From Lytechinus pictus (Eukaryota): 64,000 bases of DNA. The stretch is from the NCBI RefSeq assembly GCF_037042905.1, contig NC_087257.1, forward strand, positions 23,622,001 to 23,686,000. The letters run 5' to 3'. Numbering within the stretch: position 1 is the stretch's first letter; every line of letters starts with the position of its first letter. The position numbers and the translations under genes are program-made. The notes beneath the pieces were generated by a model, which saw nothing but the letters and a program-made list of their open reading frames with translations, was not told the DNA's origin and searched no databases. This document shows positions 1 to 12,900 of this stretch, piece by piece.

Positions 1-27
1 TCCTCACACTACTACAAAGTCAAACAC

Positions 28-442
28 NNNNNNNNNNNNNNNNNNNNNNNNNNNNNNNNNNNNNNNNNNNNNNNNNNNNNNNNNNNNNNNNNNNNNNNNN
101 NNNNNNNNNNNNNNNNNNNNNNNNNNNNNNNNNNNNNNNNNNNNNNNNNNNNNNNNNNNNNNNNNNNNNNNNNNNNNNNNNNNNNNNNNNNNNNNNNNNN
201 NNNNNNNNNNNNNNNNNNNNNNNNNNNNNNNNNNNNNNNNNNNNNNNNNNNNNNNNNNNNNNNNNNNNNNNNNNNNNNNNNNNNNNNNNNNNNNNNNNNN
301 NNNNNNNNNNNNNNNNNNNNNNNNNNNNNNNNNNNNNNNNNNNNNNNNNNNNNNNNNNNNNNNNNNNNNNNNNNNNNNNNNNNNNNNNNNNNNNNNNNNN
401 NNNNNNNNNNNNNNNNNNNNNNNNNNNNNNNNNNNNNNNNNN
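28..442. other. Assembly gap (N run)
   Basis: Ns in sequence; CAT-rich low-complexity sequence on the right flank. Confidence 1.
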
Positions 443-833
443 TTACATATACCTTAATCACCATGGCAATCATCAGTATGATCATTATATCTATTATTCA
501 GAAAATGCATCACAGAAATCTAAGTAAGATGTGAACATTGTTTTTTCAGATATTTGACAAAGGTTCCAACAAAAGTGCTTTAATGTTCAATTTACCAAAT
601 CACAGAATACAAGATTCGCAATAGTGTCAGTGCCTAAAAAATACTATCCAGCATTCGATTAAGTAGGCCAGTATCAACACTTCAAACAATCTGATGTTGT
701 TATCATTCTTGTAGTTGTCATTGTAAATGGTGCTTCAACAGGCTTTTGTACTGTGCACCAACAGCTGCAGCTATCTTACCTTGCTGCTATAGAGTCAAAT
801 TTGTTTAATATAAAAGTAATCCTCTGTAAACAT

Positions 834-1031
834 TTTCCTTCAGCAAGAAATTTATCCAAAATTGTGCTGCACTCAACCAAGGTGACGTAAATGGGTACCC
901 GGCAGGATTAATTCCTTGAATGCACCAAGCGCCTTTAGCAGCTGGAGCTGCAACCGGGTAACATATAGTGCGCCATTGAATAGGAAACTAGATAATTGGC
1001 GCCTCATAAATATTATTATTTATTATTATTA
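834..1031 (+). mobile_element. 5'-truncated copy of the same SINE
   Basis: Contains core TGTGCTGCACTCAACCAAGGTGACGTAAATGGGTACC and a (TTA)n tail; tRNA head missing. Confidence 0.8.
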
Positions 1032-1710
1032 TAAAAAAGTAAAGTGGCAATGTTCCAAACAAACTATGTGAAGGGATGTTTGAGATCAGTTTTCCAATTT
1101 GAAAGCAGCCCTGAAGCACTTTCCATATTTGACACTTTCTTCTATCATGTCACAAGACACCACCATACTGATGAATAAAAGTTTATAAACAAAAAGTAAC
1201 TGATAGGGGTCAGTGATTATAAAAAGGTGTAAACTCCCACTACTTGCTAAATTTATGTATTCTGATTTGGGCATCCCTCTGAAATGTTTGTCTCCAATTA
1301 CTGAATCATTGCAAAGTTGTGACCTATGGACCTATACAGAATGCGTAAAAGTTTGCTTCTTAGGCTTAGAGGCATGATGAGTGAATACTATACCCCCCCC
1401 AAAAAAATATATATAATCTTGAAGAAGCTACGGTAGTAAAATTACAAATAAAACATTTTTACATCAACATGATAAATATTAATATTATCTTTATAATTAT
1501 TATCATCATTACCACAATCATAAGGAGTGGTACAACAGTATAATGATAGAAAAGACAAATTACATCGCTATTGCTATCCCTCTGTACCACCACCATTACC
1601 ATAACTTTTATTATGGTACATCATTGCAAAAGGCATCAAGATAATGCCACCACTATCATCAACATTACTACCATTACCATCATCGCCACATTACCATCAG
1701 TAGCATACTT

Positions 1711-2037
1711 NNNNNNNNNNNNNNNNNNNNNNNNNNNNNNNNNNNNNNNNNNNNNNNNNNNNNNNNNNNNNNNNNNNNNNNNNNNNNNNNNNNNNNNNNN
1801 NNNNNNNNNNNNNNNNNNNNNNNNNNNNNNNNNNNNNNNNNNNNNNNNNNNNNNNNNNNNNNNNNNNNNNNNNNNNNNNNNNNNNNNNNNNNNNNNNNNN
1901 NNNNNNNNNNNNNNNNNNNNNNNNNNNNNNNNNNNNNNNNNNNNNNNNNNNNNNNNNNNNNNNNNNNNNNNNNNNNNNNNNNNNNNNNNNNNNNNNNNNN
2001 NNNNNNNNNNNNNNNNNNNNNNNNNNNNNNNNNNNNN
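1711..2037. other. Assembly gap (N run)
   Basis: Ns in sequence; preceded by degenerate (CAT/CAC/TAC)n sequence. Confidence 1.
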
Positions 2038-2500
2038 CAGGGACAAAATCCCCATCTTCCATCTTAGTCAATACCCCCTTCAGCTTGCAAGTCAAAACAT
2101 AATATCCATTGTCAACTTCAGATCCCAAGTGTTACAATGCCACGGAGCAAAGTGACACAATTACCCTGCGGCAAGTACACTCCCTTCCAGAACAGCCGAT
2201 ATCGACTGAAGTCAACGAGACAGCGTGTTCATTTCTAAGCATTTAACCCCCCTTGAGGCGGTGGCCGTGTCACAGTTTGAAGCTGTGATGACCAGCATTG
2301 CGAGCATTGGGGACACTTAGCGGGAAGGTGAAGGATGAAAATATCTAACAAGGGAATGATTAAGAGGAAAGATGGGCGGTAGATCATTGGGGATCAGGAG
2401 GGAAAAGGAATTCTCATGGTGACTTATTTCTCTCTTTTTCTATCAGATATTTTTCGTAACCCATTGCTTATGTAATCTGGGTGGTCGCTGTATATACCAG

Positions 2501-2771
2501 GGGCCCATCTTACAAAGAGTTACGATAGATCCAATCAACCTCAACTGTATGGAAATCCATTGATGTCATAATATTTTCTACAAAAACTGAAAAATGTCCT
2601 TTGTACACACAGAGAAGCACACAGAGAATTTTCAAGAAATCAATGAAGGTATGAATTTACAGAATATCCAGAAAATATTTCAAGCAAAACATGCAGTTTA
2701 GGTGTTGATGTTGCTGGCTTGCCATAGTTATGGTTGATTGGATCAATTGCAAATCTTTGAAAGACAGGAAC
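2501..2771. mobile_element. Non-autonomous DNA transposon (Harbinger-like MITE, CWG target)
   Basis: Imperfect long TIRs GGGCCCATCTTACAAAGAG..GATCCAATCAAC / GTTGATTGGATC..CTTTGAAAGACAGGAAC, flanked by CAG/CAG. A partial copy lies at ~39800-39877. Confidence 0.7.
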
Positions 2772-4044
2772 CAGTACTCCATTATTATCTCAGAATATAC
2801 ATTAGTCAATGGTTTAACATATATGTACATGATGGTGATATACAGGTATTCAAACTTAAAAGTATTATCATTCACTTGATGTAACAAAAGATCAATGTAG
2901 ATATTAAATGCATTGCTCGAAGACATAAGTGCTGTGTCAGGTATCAAACCCCAACCTCCAGTCATACACCTCAAACAAATGCAAATTCTACTGTAAAATA
3001 CCCCTCCCTTTCTCCATCCCCCTCCCCCATCCCCCCCCCTGTCCACATCCCCCTCCTTCCTCCCTTTCCCCCCTCCTCTGGACAGATACATGCAGTGACA
3101 TACTTTACCATTGGCTTCTGTTGATGGATACACAAGTATGAAACTCTATCTCTCTTGTGACTTCCTCAACTCTCGTCCTACTTCTCAAGCAATGCCTTAT
3201 CGGAAAGTGTAGGCATGTGACAGGTTTCAACGTCCAAAGGGGGAACCATTCTTCCCCGATATTCATATGCTACATGTACAAAACAGAATCTACCAACATT
3301 TTCATTTCTCCTGTATCATAATCATTTTCAATATATTTTCAATACAGGGATTCAGTTTACATTTCAAGAAATATTCATATAAATACATCACATCATAAAT
3401 GTAAATGAGGGGGGACGAGAGGTAACAACTTTGTACAGCTATTTCTTATAAATAATTTGGGGCCCTTTTTAAGACAGATTGTTGTCATTAAAAATGTATC
3501 ATACTAGTAATAGATGTTAAAAGCTACATGTACATGTACTATCAAAGTCTCATTAGCTGAGAGCAACTTTTTTGTTCCATCTTTTGCACTTGATACTGAG
3601 AATGATATTTATGACATTTTATTTGTAAAACTTGTTCCAATCTATTATCAAGGTTGATGTGCACTTCAAGTTCAGCCAAGCAATGGCCGGGGTATGGTAT
3701 AACTGAAATGCATCACCAATTGAAAAGGGAGATGGGGCCCCAAGTCCCTGCTCAGAATATATACAGCATTCAAGTCAGAAACTTTTTATCACCGCTCTCT
3801 CTCCCAGGGTTTTCCCCCATGTTTCTACATCTGTCTAATGACATCATGACTGACATGCTCTAGAATACTATCTCATACAAAGTGATACAAGATTGAGTAA
3901 TGTTAATGGAAGTCAGAAAGAGTGCTTGTTTATCAAGTCAACACAAGGTTTTAAGATGATAACAGGTTTGAATAATATAATTAATGTTGATGATGATGAT
4001 GATAATGATGATAATGAGGATAATAATGATGATAATAATAATAA

Positions 4045-4194
4045 TAGAAAGTCAATAGGGGCCTAAGCTTTCGATCCTAGCAGAATCTTCGAAGATTCTG
4101 CTAGGATCGAAAGCTTAGGCCCCTATTGACTTTCTAATTTACTCCATTGGCTCTCTTTTATTAGATAAGCCGTTTTCAGCAGCTTCTTTTTGCC
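4045..4194. mobile_element. Probable Penelope-like retroelement terminus forming a perfect 92-bp palindrome (4045-4136)
   Basis: 46-bp arms with no spacer, centred at 4090/4091. The right arm reads GAA-GATTCT-GCT-AGGATC-GAAA-GCTTA-GG, resembling the 3' two-thirds of a minimal hammerhead. Embedded in (AAT)n tracts. Confidence 0.55.
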
Positions 4195-4594
4195 AATAAT
4201 AATAATAATAATAATATATGTAATAATAATAATAATAATGAACATTTTGATAATAATAATATCTGTATTTACATAGTGATTTTTGCCTGAGGATAAATAC
4301 TGATATAGATTATATACCTTAAAAGAAAACCCCCCAAAATAAATTAAATAAACCAAAATAGAATTAGAAATTATGCTAAGAATACCAATTTTCCACTATC
4401 GTATTACCCTAAACAGAATCTAGGTTAAAATACAGAAACAAAACCCACAATCATAATGAATTTCTTCATGCGGTTTGAGAATTGATAGCAGAAGCATGAT
4501 GTCTGATGCATCAGCAAGTCAATTGCAAGGCTATGCATGGATGGACGGCTCACAAAACTAATATGGTTCATTTCCTGAAAACGTGAGCAACATA

Positions 4595-5116
4595 TACCCT
4601 TTTTACACAGGCTAAAATTTCCTTAACCCCGTACTATAGGTGGGGCTAAATGGCAATTTAGCCCCACCTATAGTACGGGGTTAAGCTTAGCCCACTTTCT
4701 TTTTACACAGCATTTTTGCAAAGTGGGCTAACCCCACCTTTAGTACGGGATTATTTGGCCCTGCAAAAAAGCAGGGTTATCCCAGCAATTGCGGTGCTAA
4801 GAGCGATAGTACGGGGTTAAGATCGCTAGTGTAAAACGAAAGTGGGCTAAGCTTAACCCCGTACTATATAGTACGGGGTTAAGGAAATTTTAGCGTGTGT
4901 AAAAAGGTACGAGTGAAGTACTTGTACTACGAATGATCGACAAAAACCACTAGTCCGGGGTTAGCGAGTTTCGTGTGTGAAAAGCAAGCATTCCTTATCC
5001 GGGGTTAGCGATAACAATTTGGCATGTGTGAAAAGGAAAAAAAAATAGTACGGGGTTAAGGATAGTACGGGGTTAGCGATAGTCCGGGGTTAAGAAAATC
5101 CTGTGTAAAAAGGGTA
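4595..5116. mobile_element. MITE with perfect 17-bp TIRs and many internal TAGTACGGGGTTA motifs (Harbinger-like)
   Basis: TACCCTTTTTACACAGG ... CCTGTGTAAAAAGGGTA, flanked by ATA/ATA (or TA/TA if the termini are taken 2 bp inward). About 10 internal copies of (TT)AACCCCGTACTA in both orientations. Confidence 0.85.
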
Positions 5117-5699
5117 ATATTTTAATATCCACTATCAAGTGATTAGTCTGTGTATTTATTTAGTTTTGGATCAAATTTCCTACATTTCTATAGATTTACA
5201 CAATGATTATAACCTGTTCCTACATGTTTAACAGGGTACAATAATATACCAATCATCAAATCAAATCTCTGGGCAGTATTAAGAGTATATGAGATTTATC
5301 AAAAGAAGTGAAATAATGAATTTTATTGGCTTCTTAAAACTTTTTTCTTTAATAAATTGAATTATGAAAACTTCTTAATTCCCCTTGAAGCGTCAGTACA
5401 AACAATGAATGTTCAGTATTATGGCAAAAATGATGGAAAGTATACATTTTCATATGTATTTGCTTGTAGGTACTTTATTCATGTAGACATTGGTTATACA
5501 AACAGTGCTTAACAAAACTTTTCCTATCAAGTACCATTCTAAGTTTCATTTATTAAAGACATCAAGCTTAATAACCCTATGAGAATGTCATTTAATGCAA
5601 GCGCAATTGATGTTATCATTACAAGCTCTACAAAATGAGACAGGTTGATTAATTGTGCAATTAGGAGCGAAATTAAATCTACTCATACATGTACCTATC

Positions 5700-6092
5700 T
5701 CTCCCCGTTTCTTTCTTTCTCTCTCTCTCTCTCTCTCTCTCTGTCCGTTCCTCTTCATTTGTCCTTCTATGTCTCCCTCTTTCCCTCTATGTATCTTTCA
5801 TAAATATTACTCCAACCCCACTCCTCACCCTCCCCCACCTCCCTATCCCCCTCCTTCTTCCCTTTCTTTTTCGCTCCCCCACCCCAGACTCCATTTCTAT
5901 AAGTTTTGCATATCTCTGTCACTCTCTTTCTCTCTGTCATATCTTTCATACTATATTACCCTACCCCTACCCCCACTCCTCACCCTCCCCCTACCCTCCC
6001 TCCCTTCCTCCCCTCCATTACTCCCATCCTCTCTTGCGCCCCTCCCCCTCAACTCCCCTTCGCCCCATCCCCTCTCTTCCTTTTTTCCTTTA
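5700..6092. repeat. (CT)n microsatellite and polypyrimidine low-complexity tract
   Basis: Direct inspection; explains the spurious Pro/Ser/Leu ORFs. Confidence 0.9.
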
Positions 6093-6245
6093 GCTCTGTC
6101 TGGGCCACTAAAAGATTGAAAGCCAATGCAAGTAGATGAAAAGGTCAGCTGATAAAATGAAAGTGGATTTAATAATATTTACAATCAGATAACAGCTCTG
6201 TATGATGATTGACTTTCCACACATCATGGGCCTCAACGTATCTCC

Positions 6246-6512
6246 ATGTTCACATTAACTCACTTTAAAAGACTGGTAGCAGATGCAGAATGCAACCCCC
6301 CCCCCCCCCAGACTGGTAGCAGATGCAGAAAGCAACTCCCTCCCCCCCCCCCCCCGAGACTGGTAGCAGATGCAGAAAGCAACCCCTCCCCCCTGAGACT
6401 GGTAGCAGATGCAGAAAGCAACACCCCCCCCCCTTTGATGAATCTTCATGTTCACATCTACTCACTTAAAAAGACTGGTGGCAGATGCGAAAAGCACCCC
6501 CCCCCCCCCCCG
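6246..6512. repeat. Minisatellite: ~40-bp unit AGACTGGTAGCAGATGCAGAAAGCAAC+poly(C), 5 copies
   Basis: Units at ~6270, 6310, 6357, 6396 and 6472; the leader CATGTTCACAT..ACTCACTT..AAAA is duplicated at 6245 and 6447. Confidence 0.9.
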
Positions 6513-9500
6513 GACTTAGCTTAAGAGCTGGAATTCTGCCCCCTTCAAACATCTGACATCCCCTGGAAAAGGCCCCCTTCAACTCCCTTCATATGGTACT
6601 TACCCCTTTCCCACCACCAATATGCCACTTAATGGGAGTTGCACCAAAAAGGGGTTCCTGAATGGCACCATTGGTAAAACACACACCGTTGTTTGCATTA
6701 GAAAATTCATCTTTGATTTTCAACGAGAATGTTCAAAATTACGTTTCTAAATTATATAGTATGTGTACTTGGCAACTTTTAATGCCTTTTATGTCCCCCC
6801 CCCCCAAGAAAAAAAAGGGGGGGAATGGAGAGATCTGACATTATTGAAAAGGTAACATGGCAAGATAACATATTGGAGACCTATCACGTGGTGATAAGAG
6901 GCTAAATATCCAATTAAATTTCAAACGAGAGCCCCTCAACAGAGTTGCAAATTAATCAAATCACTATAAAGTGTTCTAGCGGACTCATTAAGTGGCGATT
7001 CCTTTTGCAGACGGCATGGAATGCTGGCTTGGAATATCCAGATGGTTTCTTATTGCTGCAATCATCACATCATGTTAACTGCTATGTTGGAATGTACGGA
7101 TTAATTTATTTTAGATGTACCTGCCCTTTGGATGAGGAAAAGGGCAACAAAAAGTATATTTAAAAAAGAATGAAATACCATATAAAGAAAATGATCAATA
7201 TTATAGATGAATGTTCCACTTATATAGGATAAGATATTTCACATTCATGAAAAAAAAGAAAAGAAAAAAAGGAACCCCAGCTGATTGCTGTATTCATTTT
7301 GGTCAATATTTCTGTGTAGTCCCACACATTCAGCTTACAGTGCTTGTAAACTCTCAGGAGTAGGATTTGATCAATATCATATAATTTGGGTGATTCCTTT
7401 GACATATTATAAGGCAAACAAAAAATTTAAGGTGCATTTAATTTTTTTCAATCCCAATTTAGTGAATCAAACCATTTTGTCTCTTCTTTCCATTCAAAAC
7501 ACTCTGTCTGAGAGGAAGAAATAACTCTTTGGAATTTACATTTGCTTCCCATTCAACTGAAAGTTTGGAGATCGGGTTAATGCATGCAAGACCTTTTATT
7601 CATGAGAAATTATTCACTCAACCATCGTGTGTCAGGTTATGAATATTTCATTGATCTTCTCAATGAAAAATAGATGATTTTCTTGGAGAGGGATCCGGCC
7701 AGACATCACGCACAGTATCATTGCCATGCAACACAACCCATCACATCCATATCGGATTGTAACCAAGAATAAACAGCTTTTTCACTTTTTTAAAGTGATT
7801 TCTCATCCAGTTTTAATCATTTAGGATTGCGGTTCTACATTATCAACCCCCTTTATGCTTCAAATATGTCTTTGCAGAATATCAGACTGAAATTTAAAAA
7901 AAAAATGATATTCTACCCCCCCCCCCCCCTATCCACCCCTGTACTCATACAGATCATGTTGAATACAGTGTGGTTAGGCACATATATTCATACTTGCTCA
8001 TATCATCTAAAAAAATACTAGGTATTTTGACATTGAGTACATGGCCTATACTCGTGATATCCCCCCCCCCCTTAAAAAAACACAAACAAACAAAAAATGA
8101 CAGAAGATAAAGAAATAAATATGAATGAAATAATTTTCAACAAGTTATGTATACCCAACTTCACTTGTTTCAGGCAGTTGGAAAGTGCAGGCATATTTTG
8201 TATATCCAATTCTAATCTATGGGTTTGGGTATATGGGAATATGCCTGGCGATAGCAAAATGCATGCACTCTACTCGTATAGTCGATATAGGCCTACCTCA
8301 TCCTAGTTGAAGTACCTCTAAATTAAATTTCTTGACTCCTTACAGAGCAACCCTTGACGATCATGTAGCCATTAGCTATTTACAGTAGCCCATTTGTGAT
8401 TGTTTGTGTTTGATGCACAGATTGTTGGGAAGTGAAACAAAATTATGGAAAATTATTGCCCCCGAGGTCATTACGGGATAAATGCCATCACCTGCCTCCG
8501 TTATGTGGGATTATGGAAGCATATTGCAAAATGGAGATGACAATGTAGGCAAAGCTTAGCCTCTTTCTTTCTTTATATACTATGAAATCAATACTCAATC
8601 ATGTTTTTTTTTAATTCTTCCAGAGACGTAGGGACTTCTTAACCCATTAAATTTTTACAAAGGTAAAAGAATTGAGTATAGCATCTAAGCAGAGTCAAAG
8701 CCTGATATAACCATATAACGTTTTGGTGAGAGATACTTTGTAAGTGGTTAATATTGCAATTTGCATATTAAAAAATTAGGTCATCACTCATCTCCGAATG
8801 CTTTTTTCCTACTCCGCATTCTCAATTTGGTCTACCTTTTCGCTATCTCTACCTTTTATCTACCCTCTTTCTATTTTTTTTTCTTGCGTAACATAGCACA
8901 TGTAGTAGTGATCAAATTCTGTTAATCTACTTAAATCATTTGTAGAAAGATACATGCATGAAGAAGCAATACATATTTTCGCTCCGAATCAAATTTCAAC
9001 CAAATTCCTGAAAACCATGTGTGACCATAAGTTAAACATAGAATCATAAATTATCCACTTTGTTAAATAAAGTTGTGAAAATGGTGCCGGGTAAAATTTA
9101 GTATCATTCACCTGTCATTGCTGTACCTTTATGCAATTAGTATATTATGTTCAGTGGAAACACCCCTTGGATCTTTACACCATCCAGGCAAAAGAACAAG
9201 GGCAAAAAGCATCTATGTTTGCACTGGCTTTCATAAAGCATAAACTTGACACTAAAGCAAGCATGCTTAAAGCCTCTCATGTCTACCCAGGTCTCGTTAT
9301 CTGGAAATCAGTTGATCCTCAAATTGACACGACAGAGGGGGGGAGAAAGTGCCGTCCAGATATATTACGGCGAGCTATTGATCGGAGTCACTGCAGCTCG
9401 TAATCGTGTAATCATAATCAGGATTTCTACCTGTCAAACACTGCGTAGCCGAGCATTAGATGGAGGGTCCTTTCCCACTGACAGGGTTTGTTTTCCCTTC

Positions 9501-9684
9501 AGCAACTGAAAATATGACATCGAAACTTTTTGATTTGGTGTTATGAGAACGAGAGATACATTGGATTTACATGTTGCCAGCATTAACCCCTAATAACCAT
9601 GATGATAAAAACGATAATACTAATATGCAAGACTTCTGCATGTATAGCACTTCATAATACAATGTTTGTAAGTGCTGCATACTA

Positions 9685-9923
9685 CATTGTAAAAACTGTG
9701 GTGTTAAAACTGACACCAGTGGGTGTTAATAGAGGACCACACCCTTTGGTGTTAAAACTACACCCTAGAGATTGAATATAACACCAAAGAGTGTACATGT
9801 AACAACCAAAGGTGTTGCAATAACACCTATAGGTGCTAAACTAACACTGTCAATTTAACACCGGTGTAAAATAACTGGTGTGGTCCTCTATGTACACCGG
9901 TTAACACCGCAGTTTTTGCTGTG
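9685..9923. mobile_element. MITE with CA(C/T)WG-type termini and TA TSD (EnSpm/CACTA-like), apparently inside a decayed SINE
   Basis: TA|CATTGTAAAAACTGTGGTGTTAA ... TTAACACCGCAGTTTTTGCTGTG|TA; many internal AACACC/GGTGTT motifs. Confidence 0.75.
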
Positions 9924-12900
9924 TATTATCCCCACTTAAGCTCTTGGCTAACCTGATCAGGTGCTTGGGCAGTCACGGAATTCCTTCCTACCATATCCTT
10001 ACTTACTACACCTGGATAAAGAGTGGCAAAGTTATTACCTGACAACGATCATGAATGTACATGTACTGGTGAAATAAGCAGCACTCTCCCAATAAAGTGA
10101 GTCACAAACTGGGGTTCCTTCATAGACCAATGTGCTATTATAGTCCAACTATTAAAGTATAAATCAATTAAAATATAATTGTTGAATTCTAATAATCAAT
10201 TACATGGAAGAGCTGAGCACTAACGCACATTGGGGAAAAATCCTATTCTTTATTTCTTTTCATTCTATTTCCAAGCCCAAATCCTATTTTGGTTTCAGAT
10301 TTGAAAAAACTAAAAATATGCGTTAAAGAAGTTTTCAAAAATCCTATTAAATGAAAATAAATTCCATTGAGTCATTTCCGTTTAAAATCCTACTGGTTGG
10401 CAAGGCTGACATTGTCATTTTTACCAAGAAGCATAGAAGAATTTGTTTGTTCCTTTTATAGCGGGATATTGTAGTAAAGACGCAGTAAACAAATTGCATA
10501 AAATTATTCTAACTAAACATAAAACTGCATGATCAAAATGATGCATTTTGGGTATAAAAATGATACCATGTGATCATGTCACTTTGGCTTTAAAGTACAA
10601 GTAGGTCACAGAAAAAAGATCCCTGACCCACATCCTCTTTAGAAGAAAGAAAAAAATTAAAGGCTTTTCAACAATACGCTTTCTCCTCCCTGGCCATCTT
10701 AGCAAGAAATCTTGCACCAGATTAGATGAATTCTGTCTATTTAAAGACGTGAGCTCTTTGCGGTTGGTGACATCCTTTCAGTTTATAGAATTATTTGCAG
10801 AGATTTCCACGTGTTCTATTTGTAAGCATGAGGCATGGAAATTTACCACTGCCAGGAGCAGAGTGTGTTCCTGCCAGAACAACCCAGAAGTTCACGACTC
10901 CTACATCTTTCTCCTGACATTCATTTTCATCCAATGTTTACATATTGTAGGCCTATGTTCATTTGTCCATCTAACAGGATATCACCATATGAAATAATTT
11001 GAAATGTAGGGGGAGAAAAGCATGTGGGCCAAAAAGGTGATTACCTCATCTTCAAATTGAAAGTCGACAGGCCTTTTAGCAATGTATTTTCCTTTTTTTG
11101 CAGACAGGATATCTTGCGCAATAATATCTATTTTAAGATGTGACTGAGAGCTTCTGTTAGTACATGTGTCATCGCTATCATTTCTAGAATTCCAAGCAGA
11201 GCTGGTTTGCTGACTTTCTATTTGTACACACTGAGCATATTCTTGCAAGCATATGGACCGAAAATATGATTCAAATTTCCACTGCAAATTTATGGCACAT
11301 TGTATTGGCACATTGTATAAATGTGCAAAAGAAATTTCGGGTATTTTACCTCCTACACAAGTTCTCATATCTAAAAAAAAGAAGGAAATTTTGTGATCTG
11401 GGCCGATGTGAATCCCCATCTGTCAACTTTCGCTCTCTTCACATAACCACCGATCATATAACCCGCTGTCTTCCACAATTGACCATGTCTTCAAGATTGA
11501 GCCTCTCGCATCAATATCACGCTACATTAGCAACCATAACATGGCTAAGATGCCAACAAATCTCTGAACAATCTCCCTATGTGTATGCAATGCCTCGCAG
11601 GGGTGTCCAATAAAACCTTGTAACTCAAATTTGAGAAAGTTGAGTGCAGCTCTGAAAAGCTGTATATTTTAACATTATAGCAAAGGTGGCAACCTCAATT
11701 CTTGTCTGAAAACAGTCTCCTCATTTCTGTAGAGAACTTTTTTTAGGCAAAAGTAGGTAGCAACTTTAGCCAAAACACTAAAATCAAGGTTTTTCATGAG
11801 CAGTCCTGAAAAAAGGTAAAATTTTGAGATACAAGGTTTTAACACCCCAGCAAAGTAAAGGTTGCTGGCCTTGGGAAAGTTTTTGAGATGTGATATTTGT
11901 GTAACAGCTCATATAGATCAAACGTTATTCATAATCAATCTGACACATTTATATCCTTTATTATGTTCCACTGCAGGCCTACAAGTAATTATCTCAGATT
12001 GTACTATATTAAGTATTAAATTACTGATAGTAAACATACCATCACTAAAATGAACTTTTTGTGCATTTCAACGTTTTTTAATATAGAACTGAGAGGCCTT
12101 CATCAGATCAGTTTTGCAATTTGACAAGGCCTCACAAATCAATTCATTTTTATTGGCTGAAATGAGACTAGCCTGCAATGAAGAGAGTCTGAAAGATCTG
12201 GGTAGCCATGCAATTAAGTTGCATTTGCCTCTAATGCGAGGATAGTCTTCATTCAGCTTCTCGACAAAAAAAATCACGTCAAGCACGGGCCTTGTCTAAA
12301 AACTAGATCAGTTTGGATTCAAAGACTAAATCGGATTTCTGAAGTTGTGCATTGGTACAGACGTACCAGTCGAGTCTCATTACCATAGACCAACACGTAT
12401 GTCATCCAAGCACACAACATCTAGATTAGCCTGGATTGAAAGGCTAAGTCGGCTTTACACCCAATAGTCTTTTAAAAGCCTCGGACAAATCCATGTCTGT
12501 CAAATGAAGCGTCCTACACTGGCTTGATGGGAATACTACAGATCAGCCATGATATCATTTGCAATCAATCCGGTGGATTTACAATATGGTACGCCATCTA
12601 TCGGTTGCAGCGAACAGGCTATATTTCAAACTTTGGGGTTGACATCGCACAGGCAGCGCACAGAGCTCGTGTACTGTAATATGTGACTTTGATGCTTCAA
12701 AAATGAAAACCATATGGCAGGAATTCACCAAAACGGTCTAAATTTCGCACAGAAATATGCGGGCAAATTTCTCTCCCACCTCCTGGACCCTAGTAAACAG
12801 CATATCCGGTCGAGCCGCGTCGGCAAGCGCTGAATTATTGCATGCATGCATGCACTTTAGTACTAGCGCCCGCAACAGATGCCGACATTTTCCCATGAGG

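Noticed and set aside
5655-6139. Pro/Ser/Leu-rich and Lys/Glu-rich ORFs here and at 23551-24042, 30865-31203 and 44784-45180
   Set aside because: They arise from polypyrimidine or polypurine low-complexity DNA and show no protein family signal.
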